Positions 10,413 to 21,252 of a DNA stretch of 45,373 nt are shown here, in pieces. The notes below the pieces were generated by a model. It worked only from the letters and a program-made list of their open reading frames with translations, did not search any database and had not been told where the DNA came from. This DNA comes from Neophaeotheca triangularis (taxonomy: Eukaryota): positions 1-45,373 of the forward strand of contig BAAIJX010000098.1 in NCBI GenBank assembly GCA_054600435.1, given 5' to 3'. Position 1 is the stretch's first letter. The number at the start of each line of letters is the position of its first letter. The position numbers and the translations under genes were made by a program.

Positions 10413-12809
10413 CTAGACCCCCTCGCGCCTGAAAAAGTAAACGTAGGCAAACTTCTTCATCTCGTCCACGTCCCCACCCAATGCCACCTTCTCGTCGTTG
10501 AACAGCGTCCACCCCTCAGGCTTCCGCACAAAAGCAACGTAATGCCCTGCGTGTATACTCGTGCCCTTGTGACAAACGATGCTCTTGAGACTGAACTTCG
10601 CAGGCGCGTTGTCCTCTCTCTCCGCAGCAGGAACTACTTCCGCAGCTCCACCAGCAGGTGCTTCGTCGAAATCTCCTTGCGCGTCGGGGTGGCTGAAGAG
10701 CCAATCCACAGCACGCTCCATATCGCCTCCGGTCTCCTTCAAGGCTTGACGTGCTTGCGGGGCCGAGAAGCCCATGTTGCCTAGACTTTCGATCTTCTCG
10801 GGGTCTGCGCCTCCACCGGCTGCCGCACCACCACCGCCGCCGGCGAGATCCATAGGAGTGTCAATGTCCGGGTCCTCCATGTGTTCGAATAGCCAGCCTG
10901 TCGCCACTTCGGCGTCACTGTTTCCGGTAGCGTGGAGAGCCTTTTCGCAGCGTACTTTAGGGAACCCCATCGCCATCAGCATCTCCAGCGCCATTTCATT
11001 TGCCGCAAAACCACCAGCCGCACCTCCGCTGACGCTCTGGTCATCTGGCAACTCCTCCTCATTCGGCTGCTTGCCTCGGCTGCGGTAGGGCTCAAAGTCA
11101 AAGACCTCGTCTCCGATGATGACAGGAACGTCCTGCTTCGTGGGTACCCAGTTGACAATCTCGAAACGGCGAGCATTGACGGCAAGAATCGCTGGGAACG
11201 TCTTGAACAAGGCTTGCTTCATGAATCCCTGGTTGTCGCAACTCGGACAGGTCAACTCGACCGTCTCGGGGGCGGTGAAGTCGTCGAGGCACTGCTTGAG
11301 TGTCACTGGCTCGAACTGAACATCCTCCTTTTTATCGCCCTCTGCACCGTCGCCCATTTGAACATCACCCTGTGGCAGCCTCGTGATGGGAACAGCGACC
11401 GAGATGTTCTCCTGCTCGTCTTGTCGGTAACGCACTTTTTTGCAGTTAAGGCACTGCAGCTTCTGCTCCAGGACGAACCGGAACGTCTCAACTGGGTCCG
11501 TCACGTCTTTGTATTCGGTTTTGGCCGAAGCTTGTGACCTTGATATGAGCTTCAAGACATGAAGGAGAAGCTCGAAGGCGTCTTGCTGGCGCGCTGTGCT
11601 GAATTCGGCGTGGCCCTTGCCCATGAGATGTTTAAACATTGCAGGAACGATGCCCCTTTGCTCTGTGGTTGCTGACGCATCTTCGCTAGCCTGAGCCCGT
11701 GGATCCGGCTTACTGTATCTTCCAGACAACAGTCCATCTGCTACCTTGCGAAGCTGGATCTCGAGGTCGTCGGCTGGTTTGCTGACTTGGGGAAGAGGCT
11801 CGTCTGGGCGGTGGTAGCGCTCGGCGAATTCGCGCATGTCAAAAAGACATTGCAGGACAGAGTTCATGTAGCAGGTGTTGCCCATGTTCCTGAAACCCGT
11901 GAGACCAGGACCATACATTGGCTTCATCTGCTCGCCGGCATCGTTTGTCATGCTGAAATCCCACCCACCAAAGTTCTGGTCGACATTCACCTCAGCCATG
12001 CTCTTCTCAGTCTTCGTTCTGCCAGCGATGTCGATCCCCCAGTGCGCCAGATGATTGGTGAGCTCGGGATCTATCCTGTCGTCATCGCAAGCATAGCAAT
12101 AGACATCCGCAGTCCCATCCGCAGTCAAAGAGCCCAGCTTGACTACCACTGAGTGTCCAGAAGTCTGACCATGCTCTCTGCCGTGGTTGTTCCCAGCCAC
12201 GCCACCAAACTGTGACCGTCCACAGCCCAAGTTGCCACACGTCAAGCACAGCCATAAGTTCTCCTTCAAATCACATGCGCTGCATTGCCCTAGCTCTCCA
12301 GAAGGTATCGGCTTGCCAGGCTCCTGCTCGAGTTGTTGCGTATGCTTGCACGGCGTGAATTCCTGCTCCCATGCCTTGATCTCCACCTCCTTGGTGAAGG
12401 TGTTTGCCTTGAGAACACCATCAACCACATCGTGAAGCTTGCCGTCGCTGTGGTCTACGCCAGAGACAGCGCATTCGTAGCAGTGCACGGTGGTCTCCGT
12501 ATCGTATCGGTCGGCTTCGGTCTCGGCTGGAATCTCTATCTTCTCCCTCTTTTGCGGTGGCTCATCCCTCAGCTTTATTTTGCGGGTGCGTTTGATGTTG
12601 AGTACGAGAGGGTGCTTGGCTTGCTGCGCATGGAGCTGTCCGTGTTGACGGTCGCCCGCGCAGCCACCGTTGAAGCAGTGGAGGCAGACATCGAGGCCGG
12701 CAGGGTCGTCTATGCCATCAAAGCAGAGAGTGCAGTCCTCGCGGTAAACGGAGTCGCTTGGCTTCGGTGGGCTGATGTTCGCCTCTGCCACGTGAGGGCA
12801 GGCCGCCAT
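10413..12809 (-). CDS. UBP14: Ubiquitin carboxyl-terminal hydrolase 14 (USP5/isopeptidase T orthologue)
   Basis: zf-UBP (NLWLCLTCGNLGCGR), Cys box GFRNMGNTCYMNSVLQ, QQDAFE, two UBA domains (MGF motifs) and His box AGHYVAF. Single exon. Confidence 0.96.
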   Translation of the reverse strand: MAACPHVAEANISPPKPSDSVYREDCTLCFDGIDDPAGLDVCLHCFNGGCAGDRQHGQLHAQQAKHPLVLNIKRTRKIKLRDEPPQKREKIEIPAETEADRYDTETTVHCYECAVSGVDHSDGKLHDVVDGVLKANTFTKEVEIKAWEQEFTPCKHTQQLEQEPGKPIPSGELGQCSACDLKENLWLCLTCGNLGCGRSQFGGVAGNNHGREHGQTSGHSVVVKLGSLTADGTADVYCYACDDDRIDPELTNHLAHWGIDIAGRTKTEKSMAEVNVDQNFGGWDFSMTNDAGEQMKPMYGPGLTGFRNMGNTCYMNSVLQCLFDMREFAERYHRPDEPLPQVSKPADDLEIQLRKVADGLLSGRYSKPDPRAQASEDASATTEQRGIVPAMFKHLMGKGHAEFSTARQQDAFELLLHVLKLISRSQASAKTEYKDVTDPVETFRFVLEQKLQCLNCKKVRYRQDEQENISVAVPITRLPQGDVQMGDGAEGDKKEDVQFEPVTLKQCLDDFTAPETVELTCPSCDNQGFMKQALFKTFPAILAVNARRFEIVNWVPTKQDVPVIIGDEVFDFEPYRSRGKQPNEEELPDDQSVSGGAAGGFAANEMALEMLMAMGFPKVRCEKALHATGNSDAEVATGWLFEHMEDPDIDTPMDLAGGGGGAAAGGGADPEKIESLGNMGFSAPQARQALKETGGDMERAVDWLFSHPDAQGDFDEAPAGGAAEVVPAAEREDNAPAKFSLKSIVCHKGTSIHAGHYVAFVRKPEGWTLFNDEKVALGGDVDEMKKFAYVYFFRREGV

Positions 12810-13328
12810 AGTGAGGGATGTGGATGAAACAACAGGAGGGAGAGGGTGCTAGTTGTTGTGCACCTTGATGGCGAAAGTAGTGTCGGGTAAAAAGTATTGA
12901 TCTTGCGAGCGAGCTTTGGCGTGAAAGGTAGCTACCTACAGTACAGTACCTGTACGTGCGTAAAGCTTTCCCGACTGCCCAGGTGCTCTCGTTTCACATG
13001 GACATGGGGCGCCGGCATGCCGGGCGGCGAAACACGACAAGGCAGCAAGCATGACGAAATGAGGGGCAGGAGCGATGGACGGGAGAGGGGTAAGCACGGG
13101 TAAGGTAGGTAGCCGGGCTACCCTGAGGTGGTTAATAAAATATTCGATTTCGATGATGAAATACATGGGAGAGCCAGTTTTTAACTAAATATCGATTGGG
13201 TCGAACCATAGATAGTAAGAGAATTGAGTAATACAATAGAGGTAGCTTTAAGCTCGCCATACCGTCCTTTACTCTTACGCTTCAACGCCCCTCAACCCCT
13301 CGTATCAAACCACAGGCATATATCAGCT

Positions 13329-14212
13329 ATGGCTTCCAACGCTCCCGGCCAATGCTGCACTGTCGGCGTCAAGCACGAAGGCCAGGCAAAGGGCCAGATC
13401 AAGGAACAGAACGGCATCTCGACCTACTTCGCCTACCCGGAGAACAAGAGCACCGAGAACGCCATCCTCATACTGACAGATGTCATTGGACATGAATTCA
13501 TCAACGCTCAACTGTAAGCCAATCCCATCAGGTCTCCATCTTGTCGCACAAGCTTACGCTTATCGCTCAGCGTCGCCGACCAGTTCGCCGCCAATGGCTA
13601 CTTTGTCGTCATGCCCGACCTCTTTCACGGAGACCCAGTGCCTCTCAATAAACCCGAGGGTTTCGACCTTATGGGGTGGTTGCAAGGCCCTCCCGGACAC
13701 CTGCCCGAGCGAGTCGATCCAGTCGTCGAGACAACCATCAAAGAAATGAAGGATAAGCTGGGCGTCAAGAAGCTGGGTGCCGTGGGTTATTGCTTCGGCG
13801 GCAAATACGTGTGCCGCTTTATGGCAAAGGGCAAGGGCATCGACGTCGGATACACCGCGCACCCGAGCTTTGTGGACGCCGAGGAGCTCAAGGCGGTCAC
13901 AGGCCCGTTGAGCATTGCCGCTGCTGAGACGGACCAGATCTTCCCAGCGGTGAGTGGATAGACTGTTCGCTGTAGAAAAAGGCCAGTTGCTAATGTTTGC
14001 TACCACAGCCCAAGCGTCGCGAGACTGAGGACATACTCAAGGATATGAGCATTCCCTACCAAATGTCGTTGTACTCGGACGTTGAGCACGGGTTCGCCGT
14101 TCGCGGTGACCCTAGCAAGCCTCGCGAGAAGTTTGCGAAAGAGGCAGCTTTCTTCCAAGCAGTGCAGTGGTTCGATGAGTTCCTCAAGGGCAAGAGGGAA
14201 AGCGCTTCGTAA
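13329..14212 (+). CDS. Dienelactone hydrolase family protein (AIM2-like); exons 13329-13513, 13571-13949, 14009-14212
   Basis: Begins MASNAPGQCC. Nucleophile elbow GYCFGG, acid in AAETDQIF, His in VEHGFAVRGD. Introns restore a continuous frame. Confidence 0.92.
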
Positions 14213-14602
14213 GGGGACTACATCTTGAAGTCGCTTCACTCCTAAGTGGACCGTGTCGCAGCACTTCAAAGTTGTGAAGTTGGAACATCGTGGTCTAGCA
14301 TATAATTCAGCAAATCGTACTGCACGTTCAGTGTATTTCCTCCCGATGTACGAATGAGGTATGCGAATGTGAAGTTGTAACTATACCAAAACATTGGGCA
14401 CAACCTGTTTGTCCGCCTCTAAATTGACTAATTTCTGACCTGATCAAAGGCCTGTATTTCAGACCATCTCCGTTGCTGATCTCGAAGCAGCGCGTGTGAA
14501 TGGAGACGCGATCTGAGACGCGGATGTGAAACATCCCACTTTCCACTTTCCCATTCAAGAACCCCCACCAGCACGACCTGCAAACTCTCACATCCGGCGG
14601 CC

Positions 14603-15411
14603 ATGGAGGATATACAAGACATACTCGACTCCGTCTCGGCACCGCGAGTACCTCAACGCACGCTCGACCTGCAAGCTCTCACGCGAGCATGGGTCAACGA
14701 ACGCACGGCGCCAGAGCTCCTGCCCTACCCTATTGGCCTGGTTGATCGCATCATGGACAGAATAAAGACGCAAGTAAGCTGGGCATTGACACGACCTTTA
14801 GAGGAAAGCAACGGCGGTGCTGATCGTCGGTTGCAGTAGATAGAGACGATAGAGGAGCTGACGGGGTCTATGGACCCCAAAGCCAACTTCAAACTTGTGG
14901 TCATTCAGACGGAGCTTGAGCGCTTCAAGTTCCTCGTGAGGAGCTTTCTAAGGGCCAGGATAGCAAAGGTGCGGTTGGACGGGCTGCTCTATCTTCTATG
15001 AAGGGAAAGGGATGGGCTGACATGTCTATCAAACAGATCGATCAGTGCCCCCACCATTACCTGCAGACGTCTGCCGCGAGCGACTCCATCCAGCCTCTCC
15101 TCTCCCCTTTGGAAACTCAGTACCTCAACTCTCACCAAGCGCTGCTCTCGTCGCATTATCGCGCTTCCTTCCTGCAACATTTTCCTACTTCGTTGCAGAA
15201 GCTGGATGATACGGCTGGCGGTATCTCCATGGTGGACAAGCCGGACGAGGATACCGCGGTGTTTGTGCGCGTGTTGAGGGACGCTGGGAAGGTTGAGGTA
15301 CAAGCAGAACAGGGCGTGGGTGTTGCCGAGTTGCAGAGGGGGGATATCTGGGTGCTAAGGTGGAGCGCGGTGAAAGATGCTGTCACCAGAGGAGACATCG
15401 AGTGTGTTTGA
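14603..15411 (+). CDS. SLD5: GINS complex subunit Sld5; exons 14603-14773, 14840-14968, 15037-15411
   Basis: Motifs [42 protein letters not shown] and [23 protein letters not shown]. Intron 1 must use the TAG at 14837-14839. Confidence 0.93.
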
Positions 15412-15550
15412 CGAGGCCGCGCAAGATGGGCTGGCGTTTTAGTCGGGGCTTTCGATACCACATGGAACACGATTTTGAAATAAGCACTGTCTTGGTATCA
15501 AATACTCTAACCAACGCCGTTTGATCACCTAGCCCATTCGGCTTGGCTCT

Positions 15551-16752
15551 CTAGTGAGCCTTCAGCCAGCCCAGCATAGCATCAAAAGCCTCGCCCTGCT
15601 TCTGCGCAATACTTTGGTCTTCGTAGTTGCCCAGTACCGCGAATCCGTGTGGCACATCCTTGTAGACGCTGACTTCATGCTCGACCTTCTTCGCCTCGAG
15701 TGCTTTAACCCCTTCCTCCCTGACGCGGTCCTCAAAGAGGCTGTCGCCTTCGATAGCAACTACGAAAGTCGGCACACTAACATGCCCAACCTCGTCTTTG
15801 CTGTCGACGATCCCGTGCGCAATTGCGGCACATTTGACCATTGGCCCATGCTTCGCCATGCCCTCCTCAGCCTGAGTATCCGGACTCCTCTGCCCAGCCA
15901 GGACATCCTTGTGCAGTTCTCCACCTAGAAGCAGCGCATAACGCGCCCCAAAGCAGTAACCAACGCAGTAAACACCGTCACCACCGTTCGCGACGGCATC
16001 GGCAAACTCCTCTTTCACGGCTTCGAGCACTTTATGCAGGATCGGGAGGACCTTTTGCGGCGTTTGGCGCGCGAGCCACATATCGATCGTGAAGGACTTG
16101 GCTACGCTCGCCATACCCATCTTGACTTGCTCGATGATGCTGGCATTTTCCTCTTGGGGTACGCTCGTGCTGGTGTTCGGTGCCGGGTCGCCGCCAAATC
16201 TGGGTATGGAGTTAGGGTCTGCGCGTCAAGAGAAACGGTGGGATTCAGGGGTAGCATACTGGTCCGGCATGACGACCAAGAAGCCCTCGGAGGCATACTT
16301 GTCAGCCTGTAGCTGGTTGTTGGTGCTGTGGATGCCCGTGCCGCCCGTCAAGAGTAGGAGGAGCTTGGACGGAGCATGAGGGTAGTCGGCCGGCTTGGTG
16401 ACATAGACCTCGATGTCATTGTATTTGGTGATCTCCTGCTCCTTTCTCAGCACGTATCCCTTCTTTAGTGACCATAGCACATACGCCTGTGGGTGTCTGG
16501 CCGGAAGCTGCAAGCACGTCAGCTTGCGGTTACTTGTGTAGGGGATTAGAGAGGAGTACGAGTTGGCCTATCGGTTGTGCAGTGCTCCTACATGGCAATT
16601 TAGTAGCTCTTCTTTGCGATTTCATTGACGTTCAATAGACCACTCACTCCCATGCTAGCTCCCTGGTCTGGTTTGGTGTCGCCTTGGACACCGCTCTGAT
16701 CCTCAGCGGCATCGCTCTCCGGAGCTCTTGTTGCGAGGTCGTTGTCGGCCAT
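15551..16752 (-). CDS. Dienelactone hydrolase family protein, second subfamily; exons 16752-16648, 16587-16560, 16507-16485, 16435-16260, 16199-15551
   Basis: Spliced protein MADNDL...MGEHCTTDRPTPSGQTPTGEITK...LLLLLTGGTGIHSTNNQLQADKYA..MPDQFGGDPAP...VGYCFGA...VPHGFAV. Four GT-AG introns, all frame-consistent. Confidence 0.88.
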
Positions 16753-17171
16753 GATAGCGTACTGGTGGCTGAATGTGATGTTGCAAGACAAGCGAGGGGA
16801 TTGAGGTATTCGGATCGTTGCTACGTAGAAACACTGCCTAGTAGCGCCTGAGTTCCAAGGTTGTTGTTTCAAGGGACAGGTCAGGGACGGGAGCTTGGCC
16901 CCACGTGGCCGTAATGACGATCGAGGGGCACCTCAGGGCTCATGGACGTGGGGTTGTAACAAAGGCTCAATAAGTGAATAATACAGTAGGTACATAGTAC
17001 TGTCCGTGACACGTGTGCCTCTGTGACTCGAGAGACTGCACTATCACGGTATATGCAGTAAATAGTCACAGCTCAGTGTTAGATAACTCTTCACCTCATC
17101 GATCGCTAGTATATACTAAGATCTCTCTATTCGTTCCACCACTCGCACAGACCCCCGACCGCCCCCTCCGT

Positions 17172-18146
17172 CTACCTGTTCTTCGCCTCTGCCTCTTCAA
17201 GCGCTTTCTCTTTGACAGCAATCGACGCGATCATTCTCTCGGCTATCCAGTCTGGCAGCAGGCCAATGACTCCAAACTGCAACGCATGCGGCCAGTAGGC
17301 CCACGCCACGCTCCGACCGCTCCCAGCTGCCTCCAGTCCACTCTTCGCAAACCGCCGAGGACTCGGTACCATGGTGGATGCCTTTCGCGTGTTCGTCGTG
17401 GCGACCATTCCCACTAGTAAGAATAGCACTTCGACCTCGCCGTGACCCTCGACTTTCATTTCCGTGGTTAAGCATCGTGACCATGACTTGTTGAATGCTT
17501 TGCAGCCGCTGAGAACACTGATGTAAGGGCCTGGGAATTCACTAGCTCCACTTCCAATGGTGAGGATGAGCGATGGCTTTCGTTCGATCAGCTGCGGGAG
17601 CAAGACACGCGTGATATCAGGGAAGCGTGCTGTGGCGTCGATGAAAGTGGATATATCAAGACCAGTGCGTGATGTTAACGTTGCCCACAACGGATCGGGT
17701 GAGCCAGCGACATTGTTGACCAAAACTTTAATGTTGAGATACTTGAGCTGCTCTGCATTGGCTTCCAGTCTTGTGTAGTCGTCTTCGTTCGCAGCGTCTA
17801 GTACCAATATTTTGATTTCGCATTCGGGCCACTGACTGAGCAAATCGGCCTTGACGCTCTCGAGCTTCGAAGGGTTGCGGCCGTGAAGGATGACACTGAA
17901 ACCGCGCGAGCAAAGCTCTTCTGCAAAACCTCTTCCAATTCCGTTGGAAGCGCCAGTGACGAGTGCCCAGGATGGAACGGAGGAGTCTTTGTACCGATCG
18001 AAGGTGCTACGCCGGAGAAAGTGGTGATAGGTGAAAGACGCGAGCGTGTAGGCCTGATGGGCTGCCCACAAGCCACCGATGGCGGTTAAGCATCCTAACA
18101 ACGGTCGGTTTGCGAGTGCTCCAAGTGCCCCGTTATCAAGCACCAT
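17172..18146 (-). CDS. Membrane-anchored short-chain dehydrogenase/reductase (17beta-HSD / very-long-chain 3-oxoacyl-CoA reductase-like), catalytic Tyr apparently replaced
   Basis: First in-frame ATG at 18146. N-terminal hydrophobic segment, then WALVTGASNGIG, ILHGRN and LVNNVA. The YxxxK position reads LSGCK. Confidence 0.85.
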   Translation of the reverse strand: MVLDNGALGALANRPLLGCLTAIGGLWAAHQAYTLASFTYHHFLRRSTFDRYKDSSVPSWALVTGASNGIGRGFAEELCSRGFSVILHGRNPSKLESVKADLLSQWPECEIKILVLDAANEDDYTRLEANAEQLKYLNIKVLVNNVAGSPDPLWATLTSRTGLDISTFIDATARFPDITRVLLPQLIERKPSLILTIGSGASEFPGPYISVLSGCKAFNKSWSRCLTTEMKVEGHGEVEVLFLLVGMVATTNTRKASTMVPSPRRFAKSGLEAAGSGRSVAWAYWPHALQFGVIGLLPDWIAERMIASIAVKEKALEEAEAKNR

Positions 18147-18846
18147 AGCCGGTAGGTGAGTCGAGTACGGGATGTGGAAAGACACGGACGAAGTTGTAAA
18201 TGAGAAGCCTCTGCGTGAGCAAAAAGGCAGAAGCCTACATGTTGCGAGAAGGCCTCGAGTATCTAGATGGGTTAAAGGATGAGTCAAGAAAGAGTATGGC
18301 TACCTAGGTACATTCCGGCAGAGACATTATAGCGAAGAGGCAGGCGAATGCGAAAAGCGACCGGCAAGGTGGCCGACAAGCAGATAGGTAGGAGGTGTCT
18401 CCATGGACAGTCCGGCTGCGTGTTTGTGTTGAGACTCGAGAAGTTGGTGTAAGGTTGCGGATGCGGCGAAGAAGGTCCGGCTGCCAAGCTCGTCACGTGT
18501 ATAGCTGGACTCTGGACTCCAGGTAAGGTACACCTTGGTGATGCACGTGAAACACAGAGCCATCAACACCTACCTTTTATGTTACTGGCAGCTTCTAAAG
18601 CCTAGAACCATCTACCTCCTACAACCTCCATCTAAGATACATTTTCTACGAAAGCGCTGCAATTCCCACGAGCGTCTATCACTGGTGCTTACCTTACGCG
18701 ACCGAGAATCGCCGTCTCAGCCAAAGGCAGCTCTTTGCCGATACCCACATCGAACGACGTAGTCTTTTGGATGCTGTTGCCTGCCCGCTGTTTGAACCAT
18801 ACAAAGCGTCCCCTATCTGTCCGAAGCTTCTCAAGACCCCAAAATC

Positions 18847-21252
18847 ATGTTCAACCGAGATAATCTATTCGGGTCGCGCCAACAAGCACCCACCGGTGGA
18901 AGGCAACCAATACAACAACCACAAAGAGGTGCAGAGGGCCGACCCCAGCAACCTGGCTCATACCAGCAAGAGCCCAAAGGCTACGGTGGCAGTGGGATGC
19001 AATCACCGCCACCACAGAGGGCAGGCCGCGGCATGCAACTACGGCCAGCAAAGAGTCCAGACAATACCTTCACGTTTGGAAACCTGTGCGCAGTAAGCGC
19101 CCAAGATATTCCAGCACCACACGAAGGCGGTGACACCTACCTGCTCATTAACGGCCAATATGTCTTGTCAGCGCGGCCGTTGTCCAATTTTCCAAGAGGG
19201 CACATTAGTCTGAGCGATCCGCAGAGGACATGGATGCAAGTTGCTCTGACCGATGTTGTGGAGGTGCAGCAGTACGATCCTTTCAGCTCAGGTCCTCAAA
19301 GCTATCTGGGTAGCCTGGACGTCGAGGTTGGATTTGCTGGCAAGAAGACCACGGACGTACCATATGACCAGGATGAGTTGGCAAAGGCATTCACACAGAC
19401 CTTCAGAAATCAAATCTTCGCACCTGGACAGCAGCTCCTTATGGACTTCAAAAGCATACCCCTGCGGATGACGGTGAAGACCGTAGAGCTCGTTGACATT
19501 ACCTCCCTCAAAAGCTCGGGAGACGCACAACAGCAGACCAGCCCACAGGCGAGAGGCATACTCACGCCAGAAAGCAGCATGAACTTCCACAAAGACGCGA
19601 GGCAACCGATCAACATGAAGGCATCGAGCAGGCGACCGGCAGCCAACAGTGTAATTCGGCCTGATTTCAAATTCGAGGACATGGGTATTGGTGGGCTGGA
19701 TACGGAATTCAGCGATATTTTCAGGCGAGCGTTTGCTTCACGTATCTTTCCTCCCGGACTTGCCGATCGCATAGGTATCCAGCACGTCAAAGGCATTTTG
19801 CTCTACGGTCCACCAGGGACTGGCAAAACGTTAATCGCAAGGCAGATTGGTCAGATGCTCAACGCAAGGGAGCCAAAGGTCATCAACGGCCCGGAAGTGT
19901 TGAACAAGTTTGTGGGACAGTCGGAAGAGAACATTCGAAAGCTCTTCGCAGATGCTGAGAAAGAATACAAGGAGAAGGGAGACGAGTCGGGTCTACACAT
20001 TATCATCTTCGATGAACTTGATGCAGTTTGCAAACAGCGTGGATCTGGGGCGGGAGGTGGTACTGGCGTGGGTGACAGCGTGGTCAACCAGTTGCTGTCG
20101 AAGTTGGATGGTGTTGATCAGCTGAACAACATTCTTCTCATCGGTATGACCAACCGCAAGGACATGATTGACGAAGCGCTGCTACGTGCTGGGCGCTTGG
20201 AAGTGCACATGGAGATTTCCTTGCCAGATGAGAAAGGAAGACAACAGATCCTCAAGATTCACACGACCAAGATGCGGGATAATGGCTATTTGAGCGACGA
20301 TGTCGATCTAGCCGAGCTCGCGCGTCTGACACGGAACTTCTCCGGAGCTGAGATCAGCGGTCTCACCAAATCAGCAAGCAGCTTTGCACTCCAGCGACAT
20401 ATCAAGGTTGGCACAGTAGCTGCCATCAGCGACGACGTCGCGAACATGCGCATAGAGATGCAAGACTTCCTTCGAGCGCTTGACGAGGTGAAGCCCTTGT
20501 TTGGTGTGAGTGAAGAAGATCTCGATCGATGTGTTGAAGGCGGTATCATCAAGTTCGGCCCTCATATCGACAGAATTCTCAAGAACGGGAACGATTTCAT
20601 CAACCAGGTCCGGTCAAACACTACACCGCTGCTCTCTGTGCTCTTACATGGCCCCAGAGGATCTGGCAAAACAGCGCTGGCCGCTCGCCTAGCGCTCGAC
20701 AGTGACTTCCCTTTCATCAAGCTGGTGCGACCAGTCGATATGGTCGGAATGAATGAACTGCAGAAGATCCAGCATTTGTCCAAAATCTTCACCGACTCGT
20801 ACAAATCGCCTTTGAACGTTCTGGTTCTTGACAACATCGAGCTACTAGTTGACTGGGTGCCGGTCGGCCCTCGCTTTAGCAGTTCGGTCCTGGCTGCTGT
20901 CAAAGGCCTCATGGAGAACAAACCGCCCAAGGGCCGTCCGTTGTTAATCATAGCCACGACTTCGGAGCGGACAGTGCTGCAACAGCTGCAGCTAAACTTC
21001 AAGGCGCAGATTGCCGTGCCGAACGTCCGGAACTTGCAAGAGCTCGGAGCCATAATGCACGAGTCTGGCGCTTTTGAAGAGGCTGATATCCACAGGGCTC
21101 TGTCTGAGATCAAGGAGACGACCAACACTGATGGCTACGTCGGCGTTGGCATCCAAACAGTGCAGTTGAGTATCGAGACAGCGATGCAAGATCCCGATCG
21201 AACAGGTCGCTTTGTGGAGGCAATTTGTGAAGCAATTGCGGACAATCAGTAG
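18847..21252 (+). CDS. SEC18: Vesicle-fusing AAA ATPase Sec18/NSF
   Basis: D1 GPPGTGKT, IIIFDELDA, VVNQLLSKLDGV, IGMTNR; D2 GPRGSGKT; DWVPVGPRFS. Single exon, 801 aa. Confidence 0.97.
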   Translation: MFNRDNLFGSRQQAPTGGRQPIQQPQRGAEGRPQQPGSYQQEPKGYGGSGMQSPPPQRAGRGMQLRPAKSPDNTFTFGNLCAVSAQDIPAPHEGGDTYLLINGQYVLSARPLSNFPRGHISLSDPQRTWMQVALTDVVEVQQYDPFSSGPQSYLGSLDVEVGFAGKKTTDVPYDQDELAKAFTQTFRNQIFAPGQQLLMDFKSIPLRMTVKTVELVDITSLKSSGDAQQQTSPQARGILTPESSMNFHKDARQPINMKASSRRPAANSVIRPDFKFEDMGIGGLDTEFSDIFRRAFASRIFPPGLADRIGIQHVKGILLYGPPGTGKTLIARQIGQMLNAREPKVINGPEVLNKFVGQSEENIRKLFADAEKEYKEKGDESGLHIIIFDELDAVCKQRGSGAGGGTGVGDSVVNQLLSKLDGVDQLNNILLIGMTNRKDMIDEALLRAGRLEVHMEISLPDEKGRQQILKIHTTKMRDNGYLSDDVDLAELARLTRNFSGAEISGLTKSASSFALQRHIKVGTVAAISDDVANMRIEMQDFLRALDEVKPLFGVSEEDLDRCVEGGIIKFGPHIDRILKNGNDFINQVRSNTTPLLSVLLHGPRGSGKTALAARLALDSDFPFIKLVRPVDMVGMNELQKIQHLSKIFTDSYKSPLNVLVLDNIELLVDWVPVGPRFSSSVLAAVKGLMENKPPKGRPLLIIATTSERTVLQQLQLNFKAQIAVPNVRNLQELGAIMHESGAFEEADIHRALSEIKETTNTDGYVGVGIQTVQLSIETAMQDPDRTGRFVEAICEAIADNQ

